64,000 bases of DNA. Source: an uncultured Erysipelotrichaceae bacterium (GTDB taxonomy: Bacteria; Bacillota_I; Bacilli_A; Erysipelotrichales; Erysipelotrichaceae). A program made the translations under genes and the position numbers. The notes beneath the pieces were generated by a model, which was not told the origin of the DNA, did not search any database, and saw only the letters and a list, made by a program, of their open reading frames with translations. The stretch covers positions 2,763 to 66,762 of the forward strand of contig CAYJFQ010000006.1 in NCBI GenBank assembly GCA_964369955.1, in the 5' to 3' direction. Below, piece by piece: positions 39,476 to 47,669 of this stretch (within the stretch, counting starts at the first letter, position 1; the number at the start of each line of letters is the position of its first letter).

Positions 39476-40429
39476 ATGAAGGAAAAAATATTCAACAGAA
39501 AAGGATTAATATTTAAATCATTAATAGGGTTAATGATTATCATTATCCTTTTTAATCCTCAATGGATTCCATTTTTAAATGATGAAGTTGTTAAAGATAT
39601 ACAAATAGCTTTAAAAAAGAATTTCTCAATCTTAAGAGGCAGTGATCAATCACTTAGCGCCGCACTTCCAATGGCTTTCTCATTATTGTCAATGGTTATT
39701 GGAGTGATGATTGCGACATGGTTTGTTAAATACCTGATCAGTAAGATTAAAGTTAAAGATAAACATAGTCTAACTATCGTTGTATTAATTGATAGTTTTG
39801 TTCGTTATGTATCAGTTATTATTATCGGAGTATGGGGCTTAACCATTTTAGGTGTTAACATCATAGGAATATTTGCGAGTTTAGGAATCATGGGGCTAGT
39901 AATTGGTTTTGGAGCTCAAAGTTTAATCCAGGATATTATTACAGGTATCTTTATTATTTTAGAGGGTCAATATGTAATTGATGATATTATTGAGATTGAT
40001 AATTTTAGAGGAGTTGTTAAAAAAATTGGAGTCAGAACTACAACTTTTGAGGACGCTTCTGGAAATTTAAAGATTATAAATAATTCAGATATTCGCAACT
40101 TAATAAATCGTTCAAAAGACGAATCTTTAGTTTATTGTGCAGTAGGGGTTAGTTATGAAGATGATTTCTTAGTTATTGAAAAGAAAATCCAAGAGAAGGT
40201 ATTACCTTATATTATTAAGGAGGGACTTGTTTATGGTATTAAGAATATTGAATACCAAGGAGTGGACTCATTAGGCGATAGTTCAATCAATTTGAAGTTT
40301 ACAGGCTTTGTCAAAGAGTCAAATTACTTTGTTGGTTATCGTCAACTAAATCGTTTAATTTTAATAGCTTTCAGTGAAAATAAGATCTCAATTCCATATC
40401 CACAATTAGATGTCCACAGTAAAGATTAG
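39476..40429 (+). CDS. Small-conductance mechanosensitive channel (MscS family)
   Basis: Track ORF 39470 (GTG); ATG at 39476 after AGGTG. GFGAQSLIQDIITGIFIILEGQY is the MscS pore-helix/beta-domain signature. Confidence 0.8.
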   Translation: MKEKIFNRKGLIFKSLIGLMIIIILFNPQWIPFLNDEVVKDIQIALKKNFSILRGSDQSLSAALPMAFSLLSMVIGVMIATWFVKYLISKIKVKDKHSLTIVVLIDSFVRYVSVIIIGVWGLTILGVNIIGIFASLGIMGLVIGFGAQSLIQDIITGIFIILEGQYVIDDIIEIDNFRGVVKKIGVRTTTFEDASGNLKIINNSDIRNLINRSKDESLVYCAVGVSYEDDFLVIEKKIQEKVLPYIIKEGLVYGIKNIEYQGVDSLGDSSINLKFTGFVKESNYFVGYRQLNRLILIAFSENKISIPYPQLDVHSKD

Positions 40430-40977
40430 TATGAATAAACAGTAATAATAACTACAAGCTGGCTTAATGATTTTAGCGCTGAATGATGCGTTAATGGGAT
40501 TAAGTAGAACTTTAATCGAGCTAACCTTTGCCTTGGAAAATAATTTACCAGTAGTGTTTATTGGTTTTATTTCTTCATTATGACGATCTCGAGTGAGCAT
40601 CTTTCTGGAAACTTAATGATAAAGGTAATGTTTTGAAGTCAGTAGTGTAGATATGATAATGTATTTAGTGACGCTTAGTTATAGTTAGCAACAGCTATCT
40701 TTTTGTTTTTAGGTTAATATTAATAATGGTTATTATCATTATTTTATTATTACCTATAATATATCTTTAGTTTTAAATCTTGATTTTAAAAGTCGGTTCA
40801 AAGAAATTACCGCAACTAGTTTAGGTGTTGTGGATTTAACTCTTGTGATTGGTTATTGTTAAGGTGTAAAAATATAGCTATTTACTATTAATTGATTTGG
40901 TTTTTAAAAAATAATTAAAATACTATCTATTTTAAGGAAAAAAGATTACACTATGCTTAACAAAGGAGATAATCATT

Positions 40978-41100
40978 ATGAGCTATGTATGCAAAGTATG
41001 TGGATACGTCTATGATGGGAGTGTGCCGTTTGAGTCATTACCAGATGATTGGGTTTGTCCATTGTGCGGTGTAGGGAAAGAAGATTTTATTAAGGAGTAA
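40978..41100 (+). CDS. Rubredoxin (shortened, 40 aa)
   Basis: Not in the ORF track. SD AAAGGAGA lies 8 nt upstream. [40 protein letters not shown] carries both CxxCG knuckles and the LPDDWVCP motif. Confidence 0.85.
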   Translation: MSYVCKVCGYVYDGSVPFESLPDDWVCPLCGVGKEDFIKE

Positions 41101-41107
41101 AAATAGG

Positions 41108-41133
41108 GGATAACTTTTAAGAGTTATCCTTTT
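41108..41133 (+). terminator. Intrinsic terminator after rubredoxin
   Basis: GGATAACT / AGTTATCC stem followed by TTTT. Confidence 0.6.
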
Positions 41134-41186
41134 GTATCTTATTTAAAAAATGTTAAAATATTAACGGAAAGTGGTGATGATTTATA

Positions 41187-41756
41187 ATGAAGAAAGATAT
41201 ATTGATGGTTGTCGATATGATTAATGGTTTTACTAATACTGGGGCAATGCACGATAAAAATATTGAGAGTATTATTCCTAATTGTGTAAAGTATATTGAG
41301 TATTTTTTAGAAAAAGGAATGGAAGTTATAGCCTTTAGAGATTATCATCAGATATATGATAAAGAATTTGAATTGTTTCCGACCCATTGTTTGGCTGGTA
41401 GTTTTGAGTCTGAATTAGTTGAGGAAATAAAGATTTTTCAGGACCAATTAAAAATAGTTAAAAAAAACACATTTAATGGTTTTGTAGCGGAAGAGTTTCA
41501 GGAAATTATTTCAAAGTTAAATGATTATCGAAATATTGTTGTGACCGGATGTTGTACCGACATTTGTGTAATTGAGTTAGTTAAATCATTAATGGAACAT
41601 AAGAAGGTTAATAATCTTGAGTACCAAGTGATTGTTGTTTCTAGTGCTTGTGATACTTATGATGCGATTAATCATAATCGAAAGATTTATCACAGCAATG
41701 CCTTGCAGCTAATGAACAGTATGGGGGCGGTGATTGTAGAGGAATATCATGAATAA
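41187..41756 (+). CDS. pncA: Isochorismatase-family hydrolase, probable nicotinamidase
   Basis: 189 aa. The catalytic Asp (VVDMINGF), Lys (VKKNTFNGF) and Cys (TGCCTDICV) are in the usual order. Overlaps pncB by 8 nt. Confidence 0.7.
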   Translation: MKKDILMVVDMINGFTNTGAMHDKNIESIIPNCVKYIEYFLEKGMEVIAFRDYHQIYDKEFELFPTHCLAGSFESELVEEIKIFQDQLKIVKKNTFNGFVAEEFQEIISKLNDYRNIVVTGCCTDICVIELVKSLMEHKKVNNLEYQVIVVSSACDTYDAINHNRKIYHSNALQLMNSMGAVIVEEYHE

Positions 41757-43179
41757 AATAATGTTGATGGATTTATATGAATTGACAATGGCTTACACTT
41801 ATTTTAAAGAGGGCAAACATAATGATGTTGCCTATTTTGATATGTTTATTCGTCGCACTCCTGATAAGAATGGGTATGTTGTTTTTAATGGCTTACATAG
41901 TTTTATTGAAGAGTTGAAGGATTTTAAATTTGCTGAAGAGGACTTATGTTACTTAAAGAGTTTAAAATTATTTGATGAAGAGTTCATTTCTTATTTAAGA
42001 GAGTTAGAGTTGGATATTGATGTTTATAGTTTAAAAGAGGGCACTATAGCTTTCCCTAATCAACCATTTGTGACAGTGAGTGGTAGTTTAATTTGTTGCC
42101 AGATTATTGAGACTTTATTGTTGGTGAGTATTAATTATGCGACTTTGGTTACTACCAAGGCTAGTCGTATTGTTTATAGTGCTCGTGATAAAGGAATTTT
42201 AGAGTTTGGTGCAAGAAGGGCTCAGGGCATTGACGCCTCTGTTGAGGGTGCTCGTGGTGCTGTGATTGCTGGTTGTGTTGGAACTTCTAATACTTTAGCT
42301 GGTTTAAAGTATGGATTACCTGTTTCTGGTACAATGGCTCATAGTTATATTCAAACATATAGTGATGAGTACTTAGCTTTTATGGATTATGCGAAAACAC
42401 AACCTAATAATTGTGTATTTTTAATTGATACTTACGACACTATTAATAGTGGACTTGTTAATGCGATAAGGGTCGCAAAAGAATATTTAATCCCTAATGG
42501 TTATAACTTAAAAGGAGTAAGACTAGATAGTGGTGATTTAGCTTATCTTTCAAAAAAAGTTCGTAGTAAATTAGATGCTGAAGGATTGTATGATACTAAA
42601 ATTATTGTCTCTAATTCTTTAGATGAATATTTGATTGAAGACCTACTTGCACAAAATGCGCCTATTGATCTTTTTGGAGTAGGAGAGAATTTAATTACCT
42701 CTGCTAGTTGTCCAGTTATTGGTGGAGTCTATAAAGTTGTTGCTGCAGAAAACTGTGGTATAATAGAGCCGAAAATTAAGATTAGTGAGAACAATGAGAA
42801 AATTACTAATCCTGGTTATAAAAAAGTATATCGTTTTTACGACAAAGATAATGGCAAGGCTTTAGCAGATTTGGTCGCTTTAGCGGATGAGGTAATTAAT
42901 CCTGATGAATATGAATTGTTTGACCCAGTTAGTCCTTGGAAGAAAAAGATCATTAACAATTATGTAGTCAGAGAACTTCAAGTTAAAATCTTTGAAAAAG
43001 GAAAACTTATCTACAAAGTACCAACTACTGAAGAGGTGAGAAACTACCATTTAGAAGAGTTAGAGAGTATTTGGGAAGAAGTCAGAAGACTTAGAAATCC
43101 ACATAAATACTATGTAGACTTATCACTAAAATTGTTTAATTTAAAAAATCAATTAATTGAAGCTAATCATAAAAAATAG
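41749..43179 (+). CDS. pncB: Nicotinate phosphoribosyltransferase
   Basis: 476 aa. DLYELTMAYTYF N-terminus, GTMAHSY and RLDSGDL motifs. Confidence 0.9.
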   Translation: MNKIMLMDLYELTMAYTYFKEGKHNDVAYFDMFIRRTPDKNGYVVFNGLHSFIEELKDFKFAEEDLCYLKSLKLFDEEFISYLRELELDIDVYSLKEGTIAFPNQPFVTVSGSLICCQIIETLLLVSINYATLVTTKASRIVYSARDKGILEFGARRAQGIDASVEGARGAVIAGCVGTSNTLAGLKYGLPVSGTMAHSYIQTYSDEYLAFMDYAKTQPNNCVFLIDTYDTINSGLVNAIRVAKEYLIPNGYNLKGVRLDSGDLAYLSKKVRSKLDAEGLYDTKIIVSNSLDEYLIEDLLAQNAPIDLFGVGENLITSASCPVIGGVYKVVAAENCGIIEPKIKISENNEKITNPGYKKVYRFYDKDNGKALADLVALADEVINPDEYELFDPVSPWKKKIINNYVVRELQVKIFEKGKLIYKVPTTEEVRNYHLEELESIWEEVRRLRNPHKYYVDLSLKLFNLKNQLIEANHKK

Positions 43180-43188
43180 GAGGTTATT

Positions 43189-44694
43189 ATGTCAGAAATA
43201 ACAAAAATAGTTGAGGATACAGGACTTACATATTATCAGCAATTATTAGCCCTTGCGAAAGTGGCAGAAAATAGTGACACAACAATTGTCAACAGCAATA
43301 AATTTGTAAAAGCTAAAGAGGAAAAGAGATTGTGTGATTTAAATGAAGGAGCGCTCCCTTATCGTCCACGTTACATTATTCCTAATTATCAAATCTTAAT
43401 GGATAAGGGTTCTAAATTTTTACAGTTAGCTCCACCTAAAGATATTTGGGAAGCTACATCTGCTTTGATGATCATGTATCATCATGTTCCATCTATTACT
43501 TCTTTCCCTGTTTACTTAGGAAACTTAGATACATTACTTGAGAGATTTGATGTTGATGAGAAAGAAACTAGAAAAGCTTTAACTTTATTCTTAAATCATA
43601 TCGACAAAACTTTAACTGATTCATTCGTCCATGCGAATATTGGTCCAAAAGATACGCGCATTGGTCGTATCATTCTGGAACTAACAGAAGAAATGCAGTT
43701 GGCTATTCCGAATATTACTTTAAAGTATGATCAAGATCTTACTAGTGATGAGTTTGCGAAGTTAGCTGCTGACTGCATGTTAAGGACTGCAAAGCCAAGT
43801 TTTGCCAACTACAAGATGTATACACATGATCATGGAGATTTTGCGATCGCTTCTTGTTACAATGGGTTTAGAATTGGTGGAGGAGGTTACACTCTTCCAA
43901 GGATGCGTTTATCTAATCAAACATCAGATGCGACTAGTGTTGAAGATTTTATGGATCGTGTTCTGCCTTATTATGTTAACTTACAGTTAGAATACATGGA
44001 TAAGCGTATTGTGTATATGGTAGAAAAATCAGCTTTCTTTAAGAGTAATTTCTTAGTTACTGAAGGATTCTTAAACCAAAAAGATTTTATTGGAATGTTT
44101 GGCCTAGTTGGTTTAGCTGAGTGTTGCAACAATTTATTGGGTATTACTGATAAAGCTCAAGGTTTCGGCCATAATAAATCAGCTGATGATTTAGGTGTTA
44201 AAATAATTGAGAGAATTGAAGAGTTAGTAGCAAAACACAAAGCTCCTTATAGTGAGAATAATGATGACCGTTATTACCTGCATGCGCAAGTAGGTTTAGA
44301 TACTGATGGAACCGATTCAGCTCCTGGTTGTCGTATCCCTATTGGTTTTGAACCTGACTTTGTCAACCAATTAAAACAATCGGCTAAATATCATAAGTAT
44401 TTTACAACAGGTATTGGAGATGTCTTTAAGTTTGACGATACTTGGTTTAATAATTTAGATGCTTTACTTGATGTAATCAAGGGTGCCTTTAATAATGGTA
44501 TTAGATATCTTTCTGGATATAATGCAGATTGCGATGTAATCAGAGTTACAGGCTATCTAGTTAAGAAGAGTGAAGTTGCGAAATTAGATGCTGGAGAAGC
44601 TGTCCTAAATCAAGTAACAACTTTTGGTAGGGGTGCACGTGATGGAGCTAAATCTTTTGATCGTACGGTAAATCATGGAAGCTCTAGTAAATAA
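43189..44694 (+). CDS. yjjI: Short glycyl-radical enzyme, YjjI family (DUF3029-like), function unknown
   Basis: 501 aa with SD AGGAGG. The C-terminal radical motif is IRVTGYLV (Gly codon GGC at 44551-44553) and a candidate Cys loop is SAPGCRIPIG. It is about 500 aa rather than about 800 aa, and a YjjW-type activase is coupled directly downstream. Confidence 0.65.
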   Translation: MSEITKIVEDTGLTYYQQLLALAKVAENSDTTIVNSNKFVKAKEEKRLCDLNEGALPYRPRYIIPNYQILMDKGSKFLQLAPPKDIWEATSALMIMYHHVPSITSFPVYLGNLDTLLERFDVDEKETRKALTLFLNHIDKTLTDSFVHANIGPKDTRIGRIILELTEEMQLAIPNITLKYDQDLTSDEFAKLAADCMLRTAKPSFANYKMYTHDHGDFAIASCYNGFRIGGGGYTLPRMRLSNQTSDATSVEDFMDRVLPYYVNLQLEYMDKRIVYMVEKSAFFKSNFLVTEGFLNQKDFIGMFGLVGLAECCNNLLGITDKAQGFGHNKSADDLGVKIIERIEELVAKHKAPYSENNDDRYYLHAQVGLDTDGTDSAPGCRIPIGFEPDFVNQLKQSAKYHKYFTTGIGDVFKFDDTWFNNLDALLDVIKGAFNNGIRYLSGYNADCDVIRVTGYLVKKSEVAKLDAGEAVLNQVTTFGRGARDGAKSFDRTVNHGSSSK

Positions 44695-45511
44695 AATAAT
44701 TGAATTTTCAAATGTGGATGGACCGGGCAATCGCCTATCCATCTTTTTTCAAGGATGTCCTTTTAATTGTTTGTACTGTCATAATCCAGAAACAATTAAT
44801 CGCTGTATTAGTTGTGGAGATTGTTTGAAAGTTTGTCCAACTAATTCTTTAAAAATAATTGATGGCAAAATGACTTATAATAGTTTAACTTGCGTTAATT
44901 GCGATAAGTGTATTATTGCATGTGCGCATAATAGTAGTCCAAAAGTAACTAACTATGAAGTTTCACAATTAATCGAAATAATCAAAGATAATAAATTATT
45001 TATTCGCGGAATTACTGTAAGTGGTGGAGAATGCATGGAATACCCAGAGTTTCTACTAGAATTATTTAAGGAAGCGAAAAAATTAGGACTATCTTGTTTG
45101 ATTGATTCTAATGGTGCTTATGACTTTTCTAAGCACCAAGAATTAGTAATGTTGTCAGATGGAGTAATGCTGGATGTTAAGGCTGGAGATTCAAAGTTTC
45201 ATCAATTATTGACAGGGTGTGATAATCAAACAGTCTTTAATAATCTAAAGTATTTATTAGAAGTTAATCGTCTATTTGAAGTAAGAACAGTTTTGTTACC
45301 AAACTTTGACCAAGAGAACCTAATAACCATTAAAAAAGTAGTAAAAGTAATTAATGATCATTGTCAATACAAACTAATTAAATATCGCGGATATGGCGTA
45401 AGAGGGATTGGAGTTGAAGAATTTGGCTCTAAAATTTTAGATGAAAAACTGTACAAAAAATATCTTGATTATTGTCGCCAGTTAGGACAAACTAAAATCA
45501 TTGAAATTTAA
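44675..45511 (+). CDS. yjjW: Glycyl-radical enzyme activating protein (radical SAM), YjjW-like
   Basis: 278 aa. Radical-SAM CPFNCLYC motif plus two ferredoxin-like motifs (CISCGDCLKVCP and CVNCDKCIIAC). Overlaps yjjI by 20 nt. Confidence 0.8.
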   Translation: MEALVNKIIEFSNVDGPGNRLSIFFQGCPFNCLYCHNPETINRCISCGDCLKVCPTNSLKIIDGKMTYNSLTCVNCDKCIIACAHNSSPKVTNYEVSQLIEIIKDNKLFIRGITVSGGECMEYPEFLLELFKEAKKLGLSCLIDSNGAYDFSKHQELVMLSDGVMLDVKAGDSKFHQLLTGCDNQTVFNNLKYLLEVNRLFEVRTVLLPNFDQENLITIKKVVKVINDHCQYKLIKYRGYGVRGIGVEEFGSKILDEKLYKKYLDYCRQLGQTKIIEI

Positions 45512-45523
45512 CACTTACTAAAT

Positions 45524-45552
45524 AAAAAACTATCAAATATTGATAGTTTTTT
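45524..45552. terminator. Bidirectional intrinsic terminator
   Basis: AAAAACTATCA / TGATAGTTTTT stem between convergent genes. Confidence 0.8.
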
Positions 45553-45568
45553 GAGTTATTTTGTGTCA

Positions 45569-46240
45569 TTAATTTTTACGATAAGAGATAGCAGAAACCG
45601 GACAATTAATAAAACAATCTCCACATTCATCACAACGATATTCATCAATTGAATAGATGTTATCCTCTTCTTTTATCGCAAGAAAAGAGCACTTATTTTT
45701 ACATAAGCCACAAGCAATACAAAGTTCACGGTTAATATTTAGCCCTTTGCGTTTTTCTTTCGCACCACCGTAGGCAAAATATTCTCTTTGGATTTTATTT
45801 TCACGACTCACCTTTTCAAAATCATAATCAAAAACATCTCCATAGCCTTCTGTAATGCAGAAGATAACCATCGCATTATATTTTTCATAGTCTTTTATAC
45901 ATAAGTCAAATAGAGAGTTATTTTTCTCTTTAATTTTTTGAATAGATACTTCTTTAACTTTACCAGTCATTCTGATGGCATAACCATTCTCAAATATAGG
46001 CAGTCCATTATCATCGTGTTTAACTTGAGTATTAGCATTTAGACCGCAAATAGATAACCAAGTAGTCTTCTTTAGTTGAGAATAAAAATCTTTAGTAAAC
46101 ATAGTCATGAAATAAATGCCTTGATCATCATAGGCTCTTAAGTGGGCAATTCTTGATTCTGGTATTCCGTTTCCATCGACTGTAGTAAATGAAAGACAAC
46201 CAATATTTTCAAACTTCTCATAAATTTCTTTAATAGTCAT
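45569..46240 (-). CDS. PNPOx-like FMN-binding split-barrel protein fused to a 2x[4Fe-4S] ferredoxin domain
   Basis: 223 aa. The N-terminal ~160 aa resemble pyridoxamine-5'-phosphate-oxidase-family proteins. The C-terminus carries CIACGLCKNKC and CDECGDCFINCP. Confidence 0.6.
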   Translation of the reverse strand: MTIKEIYEKFENIGCLSFTTVDGNGIPESRIAHLRAYDDQGIYFMTMFTKDFYSQLKKTTWLSICGLNANTQVKHDDNGLPIFENGYAIRMTGKVKEVSIQKIKEKNNSLFDLCIKDYEKYNAMVIFCITEGYGDVFDYDFEKVSRENKIQREYFAYGGAKEKRKGLNINRELCIACGLCKNKCSFLAIKEEDNIYSIDEYRCDECGDCFINCPVSAISYRKN

Positions 46241-46451
46241 CCAATCCCTCCTATCAACTGTTTTGTTTATTTAATTTTACACAATAATTTAAGATATTAC
46301 GACTATCATTGAAGTGCTACAAAATTTATTAACTGTTTTAGTTACAATTAGAAAAAAAGATTAAATTTTGAATCATGGATAAAAATAATCAAACGTTTTC
46401 AAAGAAACTGCAATTAATTGTTTTGTTTATGGTTTTGGGTCGTAATATTGA

Positions 46452-46480
46452 TTGACTAGTATAGTTAAACTTGTTAAAAT
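46452..46480 (+). promoter_or_regulatory. Sigma-A promoter of the nucleoside ABC operon
   Basis: TTGACT (46452-57), a 17-nt spacer and TAAAAT (46475-80). Confidence 0.5.
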
Positions 46481-46513
46481 AACCTTGACAATATGTCACA
46501 AACGGAGGGAATT

Positions 46514-47575
46514 ATGAAAAAGATTTTAGGTGTATTACTTGTCGTTCTTATGTCTCTTTCAATGGTTGCTTGTACAAGCGCACCTGCTGGAGATGCAATT
46601 TCTATCGGTTTTGTTACTGACGTTGGAGGAATTGATGACAAATCATTCAACCAAACTAGTTGGTCTGGAATCGATAAATATGCTGAAGAAGCTGGCTTAA
46701 CTGAGGATGATGTTAAATATTTACAATCTACTGTAGATGCTGATTACATTCCTAATTTAACTGAGTTTGCGGAAGCACAAGTTGATTTAATCGTAGCTGC
46801 TGGTTTCTTATTTGCGGATGCAATTTCTGAAGTGGTTGCTAACTATCCTGATCAAAAAACATTAATTATCGATGTTGACTGGTTAGAAGGTGAAAATCTT
46901 CAACAAGCTGTATTTGCTGAGCATGAAGGCTCTTTCTTAGTAGGTGTTACTGTTGGTTTAGCTGCAAAAGCTGCTGGACAAGATACTGTTGGATTTATTA
47001 TGGGTATGGAATCTGCAGTTATGGCTAAATTCTATGCTGGATTTGAAGCTGGTGTATTAGCTGTTTATCCAGAATGTGAAATTCTTTATGATAATGCTAA
47101 TAGCTTTGTTTCTCCAGAAGTAGGAAAAACTTTGGCTGCAAAACAATATAATGCTGGCGCTTATATCGTTTATCATGCTGCTGGTGGTACAGGTAATGGA
47201 GTAATCCAAGAAGCTGCTGACCGTCGTGCAAATGGTGAAGATGTTTGGGTATGTGGTGTTGATACTAACCAATACGATCAAGGTATCTATGATGGTACAA
47301 ACTCTGCAGTATTTACTTCAATGTTAAAAAGAGTAGATGTTGCTGCTTACAATGCTGCTAAAGCTGTTGCTGAAGGCACATTCGAAGGTGGAGTTGTAGT
47401 TTATGACCTTAAATCTGATGGTGTAGGTTTACCTGCTGAAAACCCTAACTTCGCTAATGAAGCTTTCGCTGGTGTAGATTTTGATGCTGCTGTTAAAGAG
47501 TATACTGATAAAATCATTTCTGGTGAAATCGTTGTTCCTGTTGTAGGACAAAATAATGTTGGTTTAGGCGGTTAA
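46514..47575 (+). CDS. BMP-family (PnrA/Med/TmpC-like) nucleoside-binding lipoprotein
   Basis: Track ORF 46493. The ATG at 46514 follows SD GGAGGG. Lipobox SMVAC. VTDVGGIDDKSFNQ is the BMP-family signature. Confidence 0.85.
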   Translation: MKKILGVLLVVLMSLSMVACTSAPAGDAISIGFVTDVGGIDDKSFNQTSWSGIDKYAEEAGLTEDDVKYLQSTVDADYIPNLTEFAEAQVDLIVAAGFLFADAISEVVANYPDQKTLIIDVDWLEGENLQQAVFAEHEGSFLVGVTVGLAAKAAGQDTVGFIMGMESAVMAKFYAGFEAGVLAVYPECEILYDNANSFVSPEVGKTLAAKQYNAGAYIVYHAAGGTGNGVIQEAADRRANGEDVWVCGVDTNQYDQGIYDGTNSAVFTSMLKRVDVAAYNAAKAVAEGTFEGGVVVYDLKSDGVGLPAENPNFANEAFAGVDFDAAVKEYTDKIISGEIVVPVVGQNNVGLGG

Positions 47576-47595
47576 TTTTAACTAAATAAAACCTT

Positions 47596-47628
47596 AAAGT
47601 AGACACTTAATGTGTCTACTTTTTTTAT
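47596..47628 (+). terminator. Intra-operon terminator/attenuator after the binding-protein gene
   Basis: AAAGTAGACAC / GTGTCTACTTT stem followed by a T-run. A TATAAT follows before the ATPase gene. Confidence 0.7.
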
Positions 47629-47669
47629 TCTTTATATAGTATAATTAACCTAGATTAAGGAGCGAGAAT

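Noticed and set aside
40406-40600. 64-aa minus-strand track ORF in the mscS-rubredoxin gap.
   Set aside because: It has no SD and an odd composition. It overlaps better-looking, though broken, plus-strand protein fragments. I treat it as chance.
46389-46401. cre-like (CcpA) site TCAAACGTTTTCA upstream of the nucleoside ABC operon.
   Set aside because: It has one mismatch in the left half-site (TCAAA instead of TGAAA/TGTAA). It also lies about 50 nt upstream of the -35 box rather than overlapping the promoter or leader. That is too weak to call.
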